Shown here piece by piece: positions 47,739 to 58,019 of a DNA stretch of 64,000 bases. The notes beneath the pieces were generated by a model that did no database searches, was not told where the DNA came from, and saw nothing but the letters and a program-made list of their open reading frames with translations. The position numbers and the translations under genes were made by a program. This DNA is from Escherichia coli (GTDB taxonomy: Bacteria > Pseudomonadota > Gammaproteobacteria > Enterobacterales > Enterobacteriaceae): NCBI RefSeq assembly GCF_003334335.1, contig NZ_QOWQ01000005.1; one strand, 5' to 3'. Every line of letters begins with the position of its first letter. The first letter of the stretch is position 1.

Positions 47739-48954
47739 ATTTATTCCGCATTGCTAACAGTAAACCAACAATCAAGCCAATTGGTTTGAGATCAACTTCC
47801 TCGAAGTTACCTCGAATAATATAAAAGCTTACAAGCGTTAAAAATAGTAGTAATTGACCATTATAAGGAGTGACGACAACTGTTTTAAACGTTGCATTAG
47901 CTGTCTCTTTGATAATAGAGCCATACAGATAAAGTAAAGCGAGTAGTCCAGCCAAACCCGCTGCAAACCAAATTGACAAAACAACGTTGTGTGGCCCAAT
48001 GGATTGCCTGAACTTCCATGACGGAAAATCTACAACACGCTTATTATATATTGCATGGTAAATATCATCGCCGTAGCCATATCCCTTAAGAGGATTTTCC
48101 ATAATTAATGTCCACGCCGTACCTTGAGTACCATTGGTATAGCGATAAGAACTGTCGGTCTGTTGAAGTTTATAAATAAGCCTGTCTTTACCAGCATGAT
48201 CACCTTTATAGGTAAATACACCCACTGCGGCAACAGAAATAACGATGGAAGTCAGCATCAATAATTTCCACTGACGATTTAAGATTAACCATAGCAGAGT
48301 CACTATGAATACTGCCAGCCATGCACCACGAGACAGCGTTCCTAATAGCAGAAATAAGAAAACTGCACTAAAAATTACGAATGCTATTTTATAAGAGGTT
48401 TTCTTGATAAGCCAAAGGTTTAATAATGCTGGAAACAGAAACACCATTGAATCGGAAATACTACGGTGTTCATAGGTGGAAAATGGCATTATTCCTTTAT
48501 TATAATCCTGAATATAAAGAATAAGTTCAACAAGACAACGTAAGCCAAGTCCGGTAACTAATGAGTATAGTACAATTTTACCAATGCTTTCATTATCTTC
48601 ATCTTTTAATAATGCAGGTATAAGTAAACTATAGGCCAAAAATCCTTTAAGTACCGTATTACTGAATTCTTTAAAACTGATTTTCAGATCAGGTGATATA
48701 AAAGTAGCATATAAAAGAATGAGTGATAGTGCCAGGACACTATAAAAAAGATTATTTTTATAGAGTACTTTAAATGTTCCCGGAGCACGAGAAACTTGAT
48801 AGATTACCGTAATAATCATTAGTATAGATATGATGTGTTTATAACGGGTTATACCATCAAGGAAAAAGGTTGCAATAAAGAGGAATACCAACGCTTTATT
48901 CCAGTACGGTTTCCACTTTTCTTTATTACGTAGCGCCAGCGAGGCTGTTAACAT
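47737..48954 (-). CDS. waaL: O-antigen ligase
   Basis: 405-aa polytopic membrane ORF, Wzy_C-type; convergent with the waaK operon; AT-rich. Confidence 0.8.
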   Translation of the reverse strand: MLTASLALRNKEKWKPYWNKALVFLFIATFFLDGITRYKHIISILMIITVIYQVSRAPGTFKVLYKNNLFYSVLALSLILLYATFISPDLKISFKEFSNTVLKGFLAYSLLIPALLKDEDNESIGKIVLYSLVTGLGLRCLVELILYIQDYNKGIMPFSTYEHRSISDSMVFLFPALLNLWLIKKTSYKIAFVIFSAVFLFLLLGTLSRGAWLAVFIVTLLWLILNRQWKLLMLTSIVISVAAVGVFTYKGDHAGKDRLIYKLQQTDSSYRYTNGTQGTAWTLIMENPLKGYGYGDDIYHAIYNKRVVDFPSWKFRQSIGPHNVVLSIWFAAGLAGLLALLYLYGSIIKETANATFKTVVVTPYNGQLLLFLTLVSFYIIRGNFEEVDLKPIGLIVGLLLAMRNK

Positions 48955-48992
48955 TGCTTCTCCACCATCTTAAATAATATATAACGTATTAA

Positions 48993-49949
48993 TCAGGAAT
49001 TGATTTTATTAAATACCGTTTCTGCAGTCAGATGAGCAAGATCTTTATCTGGTGCCCTACAAACCACCTGATTCTTCCCATATCCGCCAATTAATCCCGG
49101 ATCGGTTGGTCCATAAACCGTGATATTCGGTCGATCCAGTGCTGCAGTTAAATGACTTAACCCAGTGTCTACCGATACCACGAATTTCGCTCCGGCCAGC
49201 ACACGGGCAACACCTTCCAGACTCATCTTCGGCAATACTTCAACATAAGCAAATCCTTCCGCCAGTCGTTTCGCCCGTTTTTCCTCATGCGGCGCACCCC
49301 ACGGAAGTTTAATGCGAATCCCTGAATCTGCCAGTAAACCAATCAATTCTCGCCAGTGTTCTTCCGGCCAGTGTTTATCATCACGGGTCGTCGCATGAAG
49401 AAATACGGCATATTCGCCAGCATCTGTAGGCAGGTTCGTCAGAAAATGCTGTGCGATAGCATAATCGCCCTGGGTTTGCGGTTTGCTATAGCCCAGACTT
49501 TTGGCAAAAAGTTCGCGGATGCGTTCTACGGCGTGCTGCTGTTTTGCAATATGATGTTTACGATTGTAAAACAGGCTGGCTAAAGGTTCGCGAGCGGTTT
49601 GCCAGTCCATTCCATGCTTTACGCCATGCGCCAGACGCGTCACCAGCGCCGCGCTTTTTACCAGCCCCTGAGCATCGATAACTGCGTCATAGTTCTCTGC
49701 TTGTAGCGCTTCACGAAACGCTTTGCGTTCAGCTTTTATGGGGGCCGAGAACCAGGCTTTACGCCAGCGACGTATTGCCACAGGAATAACTCGCTCAACG
49801 GCGGCGTGCCAGGAAGGAATCTGTGCGAACCCTTCTTCCACCACCCAGTCAAACTTAATCCCTGGGATTGCCTGCTGGGCATCAGTGAGTGCGGGCAACG
49901 TATGGAGAACATCGCCCATCGACGATGTTTTAACGATCAAAACCCGCAT
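48993..49949 (-). CDS. waaC: LPS heptosyltransferase I (GT9)
   Basis: 318-aa GT9 ORF MRVLIVKTSSMGDVLH. Confidence 0.9.
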   Translation of the reverse strand: MRVLIVKTSSMGDVLHTLPALTDAQQAIPGIKFDWVVEEGFAQIPSWHAAVERVIPVAIRRWRKAWFSAPIKAERKAFREALQAENYDAVIDAQGLVKSAALVTRLAHGVKHGMDWQTAREPLASLFYNRKHHIAKQQHAVERIRELFAKSLGYSKPQTQGDYAIAQHFLTNLPTDAGEYAVFLHATTRDDKHWPEEHWRELIGLLADSGIRIKLPWGAPHEEKRAKRLAEGFAYVEVLPKMSLEGVARVLAGAKFVVSVDTGLSHLTAALDRPNITVYGPTDPGLIGGYGKNQVVCRAPDKDLAHLTAETVFNKINS

Positions 49950-49952
49950 CCG

Positions 49953-50999
49953 TCAGGCTTCCTCTTGTAACAATAGAGAGTTGAGTTCTTCCAGCACGCG
50001 CTGGGGAGTAATGTCGATCAAGCTCTGGTGATAACCTTCTGCGGCGTCGCCTTTGCGTACTTTGTGATAGCCGGTAATCAGGCGGATCACGCGCGCTTTA
50101 TGGGATAGCGGCGGTGTGAAGTCCGGGCTACTCGGACCATACAGGGCAACCAGCGGACGATTGAGCGCCGCCGCAACGTGCATCAGGCCAGAATCGTTAG
50201 TGACAATGGCTTTACAGGCTGCAATCAGGATAACCGCTTGATCAAGCTGTGTTTCCCCCGCCAGGTTCCGGCACCATGCCTGCTGCTCGGTATTTAAAGC
50301 GGCAAGAATCTCATTGCCCGCTTCATGATCTTTCGCCGAGCCAAACAGAACCACTTGATAACCTTCATCAATCAGTTGCTTTGCCAGTTCCGCATAGTGG
50401 TAGTGTGGCCAGCGTTTTGCCGGACCAAACTCCGCACCCGGGCAAAAACCAATCATTGGACGTTCTGATGAAAGCGAAAATTGATTACAGGTATATGATT
50501 TTTCACCTTCGCTCACCTGCAACTGCGGCCATAACAATGGCTGCGGCAGATCTTGTGCGGTACGCATAATACCTTTGTCATAGGCCAGCGCCACATAGCG
50601 TTCCACCATCAGCGGCCAGGCTTCTTTATCCAGCACACGCACATCGTTGAGTAAACCGTAGCGCATTTCGCCGCGCCAGCCGGTGCGATGAGGAATACCC
50701 GCGAAGAAAGGCACTAATGCGGATTTGAAGGAGTTGGGTAAAACGTAGGCGCGGTCGTAACGTTTTTCGCGCAGGCTATGACCCAGCTTGCGGCGTTCGC
50801 CAATTTCCAGCGCCCCGTGACCAAGCGGCATAGGAATGGCTTCGTTAACTTCCGGCATCCGCGATAATAATGGACGGCACCATGCCGGTGCCATCACGTC
50901 GATTATCGCCTGGGGATAGCGCGCCTGGAGCGTGCGATAGAGACTTTGCGACATCATCATGTCGCCAACCCATGACGGGCCGATCACCAATATTTTCAT
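49953..50999 (-). CDS. waaF: LPS heptosyltransferase II (GT9)
   Basis: 348-aa GT9 ORF MKILVIGPSWVGDMMM. Confidence 0.9.
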   Translation of the reverse strand: MKILVIGPSWVGDMMMSQSLYRTLQARYPQAIIDVMAPAWCRPLLSRMPEVNEAIPMPLGHGALEIGERRKLGHSLREKRYDRAYVLPNSFKSALVPFFAGIPHRTGWRGEMRYGLLNDVRVLDKEAWPLMVERYVALAYDKGIMRTAQDLPQPLLWPQLQVSEGEKSYTCNQFSLSSERPMIGFCPGAEFGPAKRWPHYHYAELAKQLIDEGYQVVLFGSAKDHEAGNEILAALNTEQQAWCRNLAGETQLDQAVILIAACKAIVTNDSGLMHVAAALNRPLVALYGPSSPDFTPPLSHKARVIRLITGYHKVRKGDAAEGYHQSLIDITPQRVLEELNSLLLQEEA

Positions 51000-51000
51000 T

Positions 51001-51082
51001 CACTTCATCCTTCAAGCTGTCTCTGCGGCGGCTGCCTGCGTTCACTCCGGTCACTTACTTTTGTAAGCTCCCGGAGATTCAC
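51001..51082 (-). repeat. ERIC (IRU) repetitive element at the hldD/waaF junction
   Basis: Minus strand reads GTGAATCtCCgGGAGCTTACAaAAGTAAGTGACcGGaGTGAaCG, matching the ERIC core (ERIC1R and ERIC2 primer regions) at about 39 of 44 positions. Confidence 0.75.
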
Positions 51083-52059
51083 TTAGTTGCTGCCTTGATA
51101 CTGCTCGAATGATTTTGTGAATTTACGTTGATGTCGCGATTCAGCCAGGCCATGTATTCCGTTACGCCTTCGGCAACGGTTTTGAACGGTTTGTCATAAC
51201 CCGCCGCGCGCAGATTCGTCAGATCTGCCTGCGTGAATGCCTGATAGCGGCCTTTCAGTTTATCCGGGAACGGAATGTATTCGATCTGGCCTTTCTTGTG
51301 ATAAGCAAGCGTTGCATCGGCTACCGCCTGGAAGGATTCCGCACGACCAGTACCGAGGTTGAAGATGCCGGAAACGCCATTTTCCAGGAACCACAGGTTT
51401 ACATCTGCCACGTCGCCAACATAGACGAAGTCGCGTTTAAAGTTCTCGCTACCTTCGAACAGTTTCGGTGATTCACCGTTATTAAGCTGGGTGTTGAGAT
51501 GGAAAGCGACGCTCGCCATGCTGCCTTTATGGCCTTCACGCGGTCCATAAACGTTGAAATAACGGAAGCCAACAATCTGTGAGTTTGCTTCCGGCAGAAT
51601 TTGACGAACATATTCATCAAACAGGAATTTCGAGTAACCGTAGACGTTCAACGGTTTTTCGTACTCGCGGGATTCAATAAAGTCGGAAGTGCGACCGCCG
51701 TAAGTGGCTGCGGATGAAGCGTACAGGAACGGGATTTCACGCTCCAGGCAGTAGTGCAGCAGCTCCTTGGAGTATTGATAGTTGTTATCCATCATATACT
51801 TGCCGTCCCACTCGGTGGTGGAAGAGCACGCGCCTTCGTGGAAAATCGCTTCGACATCGCCGAACTCTTCGCCAGCCATAATCTGGATCAGGAAGTCTTC
51901 CTTATCCATATAGTCTGCGATATTCAGGTCCACCAGGTTCACAAACTTGGTGCCGTCTTTCAGGTTGTCCACCACCAGAATATCGGTGATGCCTTTGTCA
52001 TTCAGGGCTTTAACGATGTTGCTGCCGATAAAGCCCGCGCCGCCGGTAACGATGATCAT
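51079..52059 (-). CDS. hldD: ADP-L-glycero-D-manno-heptose 6-epimerase, with a variant C-terminal tail
   Basis: 326 aa; Rossmann motif [11 protein letters not shown]; after ...WLNRD the ORF continues [17 protein letters not shown] and its stop codon lies inside an ERIC repeat. Confidence 0.9.
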
Positions 52060-52272
52060 AACTGTAACCTTCGAATTGTGGAGTCAGAGACAATCTCAGA
52101 CACGAATACTTCTATCATATCACTACACGGCGCTGGCTACAGCCATTCACCGAAAGTGGTATGCCTGAGCGTGATTTATGCTTATTTTTTGACAAGTACA
52201 AATGCTTCATCTCGTATCAACCTATGGCTTTCGGTAATATGTGCTGAAATTTGCCCAGTCTGGAGAATCGCG

Positions 52273-53469
52273 ATGCGTGGAGATTTTTATCAGCAGTTAG
52301 CCAACGATCTGGAAACCGCTCGTGCGGAAGGATTGTTTAAAGAAGAGCGCATTATCACATCCGCTCAACAAGCGGATATCACTGTGGCGGATGGTAGCCA
52401 CGTCATTAACTTTTGTGCCAATAACTACCTGGGGCTGGCGAACCACCCGGAACTGATTGCGGCAGCAAAAGCGGGAATGGATTCTCATGGTTTCGGCATG
52501 GCTTCGGTGCGTTTTATTTGTGGCACTCAGGACAGCCACAAAGAGCTTGAGCAGAAGCTGGCTGCATTCCTGGGGATGGAAGATGCGATTCTCTACTCTT
52601 CCTGCTTTGATGCTAACGGTGGCCTGTTTGAAACACTGCTGGGTGCGGAAGACGCCATTATCTCCGACGCACTGAACCACGCGTCTATTATTGATGGTGT
52701 GCGTCTGTGTAAAGCTAAACGCTATCGCTATGCCAACAACGATATGCAGGAGCTTGAAGCTCGTCTGAAAGAAGCGCGTGAAGCCGGTGCGCGTCATGTG
52801 CTGATTGCCACCGATGGTGTGTTCTCGATGGACGGCGTGATTGCCAATCTGAAGGGCGTTTGCAATCTGGCAGATAAATACGATGCCCTGGTGATGGTAG
52901 ACGACTCCCACGCGGTCGGTTTTGTCGGTGAAAACGGTCGTGGTTCCCATGAATACTGCGATGTGATGGGCCGGGTCGATATTATCACCGGTACGCTTGG
53001 TAAAGCGCTGGGCGGGGCTTCTGGTGGTTATACCGCGGCGCGCAAAGAAGTGGTTGAGTGGCTACGCCAGCGTTCTCGTCCGTACCTGTTCTCCAACTCG
53101 CTGGCACCAGCGATTGTCGCCGCTTCCATCAAAGTGCTGGAGATGGTTGAAGCGGGCAGCGAGCTACGTGACCGTTTGTGGGCGAACGCGCGTCAGTTCC
53201 GTGAGCAAATGTCGGCGGCGGGCTTTACCCTGGCGGGAGCCGATCACGCCATTATTCCGGTCATGCTTGGCGATGCGGTAGTGGCGCAGAAATTTGCTCG
53301 TGAGCTGCAAAAAGAGGGGATTTACGTCACCGGTTTCTTCTATCCGGTCGTTCCGAAAGGTCAGGCGCGTATTCGTACCCAGATGTCTGCGGCGCATACC
53401 TCTGAGCAAATTACGCGCGCAGTAGAAGCATTCACGCGTATTGGTAAACAACTGGGCGTTATCGCCTGA
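52273..53469 (+). CDS. kbl: 2-amino-3-ketobutyrate CoA ligase (glycine C-acetyltransferase)
   Basis: 398 aa from MRGDFYQQ; PLP-dependent class II aminotransferase fold; operon with tdh. Confidence 0.9.
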   Translation: MRGDFYQQLANDLETARAEGLFKEERIITSAQQADITVADGSHVINFCANNYLGLANHPELIAAAKAGMDSHGFGMASVRFICGTQDSHKELEQKLAAFLGMEDAILYSSCFDANGGLFETLLGAEDAIISDALNHASIIDGVRLCKAKRYRYANNDMQELEARLKEAREAGARHVLIATDGVFSMDGVIANLKGVCNLADKYDALVMVDDSHAVGFVGENGRGSHEYCDVMGRVDIITGTLGKALGGASGGYTAARKEVVEWLRQRSRPYLFSNSLAPAIVAASIKVLEMVEAGSELRDRLWANARQFREQMSAAGFTLAGADHAIIPVMLGDAVVAQKFARELQKEGIYVTGFFYPVVPKGQARIRTQMSAAHTSEQITRAVEAFTRIGKQLGVIA

Positions 53470-53478
53470 GGATGTGAA

Positions 53479-54504
53479 ATGAAAGCGTTATCCAAACTGA
53501 AAGCGGAAGAAGGCATCTGGATGACCGACGTTCCTGAGCCGGAACTGGGTCATAACGATCTGCTGATTAAAATCCGTAAAACAGCCATCTGCGGGACTGA
53601 CGTTCACATCTATAACTGGGATGAGTGGTCGCAAAAAACCATCCCGGTGCCGATGGTCGTGGGCCATGAATATGTCGGTGAAGTGGTAGGTATTGGTCAG
53701 GAAGTGAAAGGCTTCAAGATTGGCGATCGCGTTTCTGGCGAAGGCCATATCACTTGCGGTCACTGTCGCAACTGTCGTGGCGGTCGTACCCATCTGTGCC
53801 GCAACACGATCGGCGTCGGCGTTAACCGCCCGGGCTGCTTCGCCGAATATCTGGTGATTCCGGCGTTCAACGCCTTCAAAATTCCCGACAATATCTCCGA
53901 CGATCTGGCTTCCATTTTTGATCCCTTCGGTAATGCCGTGCATACCGCGCTGTCGTTCGATCTGGTTGGCGAGGATGTGCTGGTCTCTGGTGCAGGTCCG
54001 ATAGGTATTATGGCTGCGGCGGTGGCGAAACACGTTGGTGCACGCAATGTGGTGATCACGGATGTTAATGAATATCGTCTCGAACTGGCGCGCAAAATGG
54101 GTATCACCCGTGCGGTCAACGTCGCTAAAGAAAACCTTAATGATGTGATGGCAGAACTGGGTATGACCGAAGGCTTTGATGTCGGTCTGGAAATGTCCGG
54201 TGCGCCGCCAGCGTTTCGTACCATGCTCGACACCATGAACCACGGCGGTCGTATTGCGATGTTGGGTATTCCACCTTCTGACATGTCGATAGACTGGACA
54301 AAAGTGATCTTTAAGGGCTTGTTCATTAAAGGCATTTACGGTCGTGAGATGTTTGAAACCTGGTACAAGATGGCGGCGCTGATTCAGTCTGGCCTCGATC
54401 TCTCGCCGATCATTACCCATCGTTTCTCTATCGATGATTTCCAGAAGGGCTTTGACGCTATGCGTTCGGGCCAGTCCGGGAAAGTTATTCTGAGCTGGGA
54501 TTAA
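53479..54504 (+). CDS. tdh: L-threonine 3-dehydrogenase
   Basis: 341-aa zinc-ADH family ORF (GHEYVGEVV, GxGxxG). Confidence 0.95.
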   Translation: MKALSKLKAEEGIWMTDVPEPELGHNDLLIKIRKTAICGTDVHIYNWDEWSQKTIPVPMVVGHEYVGEVVGIGQEVKGFKIGDRVSGEGHITCGHCRNCRGGRTHLCRNTIGVGVNRPGCFAEYLVIPAFNAFKIPDNISDDLASIFDPFGNAVHTALSFDLVGEDVLVSGAGPIGIMAAAVAKHVGARNVVITDVNEYRLELARKMGITRAVNVAKENLNDVMAELGMTEGFDVGLEMSGAPPAFRTMLDTMNHGGRIAMLGIPPSDMSIDWTKVIFKGLFIKGIYGREMFETWYKMAALIQSGLDLSPIITHRFSIDDFQKGFDAMRSGQSGKVILSWD

Positions 54505-54513
54505 CACGAACAA

Positions 54514-54536
54514 GGGCTGGTATTCCAGCCCTTTTA
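54514..54536 (+). terminator. intrinsic terminator after tdh
   Basis: GGGCTGG-tatt-CCAGCCC stem followed by TTTT, directly after the tdh stop. Confidence 0.7.
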
Positions 54537-54742
54537 TCTGAGGATAATCTGTTAAATATGTAAAATCCTGTCAGTGTAATAAAGAGTTCGTAATTGTGCT
54601 GATCTCTTATATAGCTGCTCTCATTATCTCTCTACCCTGAAGTGACTCTCTCACCTGTAAAAATAATATCTCACAGGCTTAATAGTTTCTTAATACAAAG
54701 CCTGTAAAACGTCAGGATAACTTCAGAGGTCGTCGGTAATTT

Positions 54743-55777
54743 ATGATGAACAGCACCAATAAACTTAGTGTTATTATTCCGTTATATAATGCGGGCGATG
54801 ATTTCCGCACTTGTATGGAATCTTTAATTACGCAAACCTGGACTGCTCTGGAAATCATTATTATTAACGATGGTTCAACGGATAATTCTGTTGAAATAGC
54901 AAAGCATTACGCAGAAAACTATCCGCACGTTCGTTTGTTGCATCAGGCGAATGCTGGCGCATCGGTGGCGCGTAATCGTGGGATTGAAGTGGCAACGGGC
55001 AAATATGTCGCTTTTGTCGATGCTGACGATGAAGTCTATCCCACCATGTACGAAACGCTGATGACCATGGCGTTAGAGGACGACCTCGACGTGGCGCAGT
55101 GCAACGCTGACTGGTGTTTTCGTGAAACGGGAGAAACCTGGCAATCCATCCCCACCGATCGCCTTCGCTCAACCGGCGTCTTAACCGGCCCGGACTGGCT
55201 GCGGATGGGGCTTTCTTCGCGCCGTTGGACTCACGTTGTCTGGATGGGGGTTTATCGCCGTGATGTTATTGTTAAAAATAACATTAAATTTATTGCCGGA
55301 TTACATCATCAGGATATTGTCTGGACAACAGAATTCATGTTTAACGCGCTGCGTGCGCGATATACCGAGCAATCATTATATAAATATTATCTGCATAATA
55401 CGTCAGTGAGTCGGTTGCATAGACAAGGGAATAAAAACCTTAATTATCAACGTCACTATATTAAGATTACCCGCCTGCTGGAGAAATTAAATCGAAATTA
55501 TGCCGACAAAATTATGATTTATCCGGAATTTCATCAGCAAATAACTTACGAGGCATTGCGTGTTTGCCATGCGGTGCGCAAAGAGCCGGATATTCTTACC
55601 CGCCAACGGATGATTGCCGAGATATTTACTTCCGGTATGTATAAGCGCCTGATTACCAATGTGCGCAGCGTGAAGGTCGGTTACCAGGCGTTACTGTGGT
55701 CTTTCCGCTTATGGCAATGGCGCGACAAAACGCGGTCGCACCATCGCATTACGCGTAGCGCCTTTAATTTGCGCTAG
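54743..55777 (+). CDS. waaH: GT2 glycosyltransferase (LPS core glucuronic acid transferase WaaH-like)
   Basis: 344 aa; GT2 motifs DGSTDNS and DADD. Confidence 0.8.
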   Translation: MMNSTNKLSVIIPLYNAGDDFRTCMESLITQTWTALEIIIINDGSTDNSVEIAKHYAENYPHVRLLHQANAGASVARNRGIEVATGKYVAFVDADDEVYPTMYETLMTMALEDDLDVAQCNADWCFRETGETWQSIPTDRLRSTGVLTGPDWLRMGLSSRRWTHVVWMGVYRRDVIVKNNIKFIAGLHHQDIVWTTEFMFNALRARYTEQSLYKYYLHNTSVSRLHRQGNKNLNYQRHYIKITRLLEKLNRNYADKIMIYPEFHQQITYEALRVCHAVRKEPDILTRQRMIAEIFTSGMYKRLITNVRSVKVGYQALLWSFRLWQWRDKTRSHHRITRSAFNLR

Positions 55778-56723
55778 CGTTAAACTTCGCCGCTTCGGGC
55801 TGTTTGCCCCAGCCTTGCCACTGATGCTGGAAGTAAACGATCAGCGTGCTCTGGCTGATGCTTTCGCTTAATACTTCAAAGAAGCGATTAGCATAAACAG
55901 GTTCTATCGGTTTCTTCGGTTTGCACAGCTTCACGCCACGGAACGGATTACGCGGTGCATCAGGCACAGCGTTTTTCGGCGGTGTAGAAGTATCAACCTG
56001 CGGTTCATTCAGCAAGCTGCTGGCTTTCACCAGCGTAATGTCTGGCGGCAGGTTATAAACCATCTGTTGTAGCACGCGTACCGTTGAAGGGTGAGGATGC
56101 CCAATGGCAATGGTTGAACCGTTGCGACGCGCCAGATCAATTGCGCGATTAAATTGCACACGGATGTCCGCTTCGTTCTGCGAATCGTCGAGGAACACCT
56201 TCCGTTTGATCACCTTCACGCCAGTACCTTGCGCGGCGCGCATCGCCTGGGTATTACCGATGGTTACGCTGTCGAGGAAGTAAAGATTGTAACGCTCCAG
56301 TGCCTGCATCACTTTCTGCATACCAAACAGGTTAGAGGTCATCTTGCTACCCATGTGGTTGTTGATCCCCACGGCATAGGGCACGTTATTGACCGCACTA
56401 CGAATAATGCGCTCAATTTCGTCGCTGCTCATCTCCGGGCGCAGCGTATTTTTCTCCAGCGGCTGTTTACTCAGTGGTGCCATCGGGAGATGAATCAACA
56501 CTTCGTGCCCGCTGTTATGCGCTTTGGTCGCCATCTCTCTGGCGTGCGGTGAATCGGGTAATACAGCGACGGAGATAGCGGAGGGCATCGCCAGCACCTG
56601 GTTTTCGTTGTGCGGGCGATACCCAAAATCATCAATGACGATGGCAAGTTTGCCAGCAAGTACGGGGGAGGAGAGCGCCAACAGAGCGGCAAATGCAAGA
56701 ACGTTACGACGAAATGGAAACAA
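55764..56723 (-). CDS. yibQ: divergent polysaccharide deacetylase family protein
   Basis: 319-aa ORF with N-terminal signal peptide; YibQ-like. Confidence 0.8.
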   Translation of the reverse strand: MFPFRRNVLAFAALLALSSPVLAGKLAIVIDDFGYRPHNENQVLAMPSAISVAVLPDSPHAREMATKAHNSGHEVLIHLPMAPLSKQPLEKNTLRPEMSSDEIERIIRSAVNNVPYAVGINNHMGSKMTSNLFGMQKVMQALERYNLYFLDSVTIGNTQAMRAAQGTGVKVIKRKVFLDDSQNEADIRVQFNRAIDLARRNGSTIAIGHPHPSTVRVLQQMVYNLPPDITLVKASSLLNEPQVDTSTPPKNAVPDAPRNPFRGVKLCKPKKPIEPVYANRFFEVLSESISQSTLIVYFQHQWQGWGKQPEAAKFNASAN

Positions 56724-56726
56724 AAC

Positions 56727-57986
56727 TTATCTTCCCAACCACGGCTGTGGATTGACCGCCTGACCCTGGCGGCGAATTTCGAAATAGAGTGAAGGCCGAC
56801 CCTGACCGCCACTGCTGCCCACCAGTGCAATTGGCTGGCCCGCGCGAACCTGCGAACCAACGCTCACCAGTGCGCTCTGATTATAGCCGTAAAGACTCAT
56901 GTCGCCTTTACCGTGCTCAACCACCACCACCAGACCGTAACCTTGCAGCCAGTCAGCCAGAATCACCCGACCGTCGGCAATCGCTTTAACTTCAGTACCT
57001 TCAGAGGCACCGATAACCATTCCTTTCCAGCGTAGTTCGCCCTGTAGCTGTTCACCATAGCGATGCAGCGTCGGCCCGCGAACCGGCCAGAATGCCTGAC
57101 CACGCGGCGCACCCAGACCACCGGTACGGGACATCAGCGATTTTTCGCTTTCAGTCGGTTTGTAGGTGGTGCCTTTACGCGTCGCTTCTTTCTGGCGGTC
57201 GCGAACCGCCTGGGCCTCACGCGCTTCTCGTTCAGCACGCGCTTTCGCCGCGGCTTCCGCACGGGCAATGCTGTTACGCAGACGGGATTCGTTGGCACGC
57301 AGTTCACTTAGCTGCTGCTGACCTTGCTGGATGGAAGATTCCAGCCCCGCCAGCGTCTTTTTACGCTCGTTCAGAGCCTGAGTCAGTTTCGCCTGTTGGG
57401 CGCGCTGTTCATATAACAGCGTTTGTTGCTCGCTTTGTTTCTCTTCCAGTTCAGCACGCTGCATGGCGACTTCTTCACGCGTTTGCTTCAACTGGGCAAT
57501 GGTTTCTTGTCGCGCCTGGTTGAGATAGCCGAAATAAGCCTGTAAACGCTGTCCACGCTGGCTTTCTTCACCGCTGAGAATTAGCTGAATACCGGTATGC
57601 TCGCCCTGACGGAATGCGGCATCCAGTTGTGCGGCGAGGCTGCGCTCCTGGGCGGCTTTTTGCTGCTCCAGTTTGGCAATCGACGCGTTCATCTCATCAA
57701 TCTGTTTATTGAGTTGATTGAGCGTGTTTTGCGTTTCGCGCAGCTTACGGGTGGCTTCAGAGATCGCTTCTTCCTGCTTTTTCAATTGTGCGAGCAGGCT
57801 TGCGCGTTGTTGTTGCTTTTGGCGTACCGCGCGCTCTTTCGCGGCGATATCGGCCTGAATAGATTTGAGTTGGTCACGCTCATCCGCGTGGGCGGAAAAG
57901 GCGCACAACAATACGCCAGCGCTAAGAACGCTGGCGTAGATGATGGGCCTGATTGCAAACCTGCGCGGTTTCACGGCCCGTGTCAT
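56727..57986 (-). CDS. envC: murein hydrolase activator EnvC
   Basis: 419 aa from MTRAVKPRRF; long coiled coil followed by C-terminal LytM/M23 domain. Confidence 0.85.
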   Translation of the reverse strand: MTRAVKPRRFAIRPIIYASVLSAGVLLCAFSAHADERDQLKSIQADIAAKERAVRQKQQQRASLLAQLKKQEEAISEATRKLRETQNTLNQLNKQIDEMNASIAKLEQQKAAQERSLAAQLDAAFRQGEHTGIQLILSGEESQRGQRLQAYFGYLNQARQETIAQLKQTREEVAMQRAELEEKQSEQQTLLYEQRAQQAKLTQALNERKKTLAGLESSIQQGQQQLSELRANESRLRNSIARAEAAAKARAEREAREAQAVRDRQKEATRKGTTYKPTESEKSLMSRTGGLGAPRGQAFWPVRGPTLHRYGEQLQGELRWKGMVIGASEGTEVKAIADGRVILADWLQGYGLVVVVEHGKGDMSLYGYNQSALVSVGSQVRAGQPIALVGSSGGQGRPSLYFEIRRQGQAVNPQPWLGR

Positions 57987-58019
57987 GGTATTAATCGCCT
58001 TTCCCCTCATGGGGAGGGA

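Noticed and set aside
53488-54513. 341-aa minus-strand ORF exactly antisense to tdh, plus similar long antisense ORFs opposite gpmM (58548..59630), kbl (52297..52950), spoT (22013..22570) and gltS (17859..18362)
   Set aside because: Long stop-free antisense frames are expected opposite GC-rich conserved genes; the translations are low-complexity and rich in His, Arg and Gln with no recognisable domains
54505-54742. Pho box upstream of waaH, looked for because waaH is reported to be phosphate-regulated
   Set aside because: Only partial matches such as CTGTCAG were seen and no convincing tandem 7-bp repeat with 4-bp spacing; not called without a matrix scan
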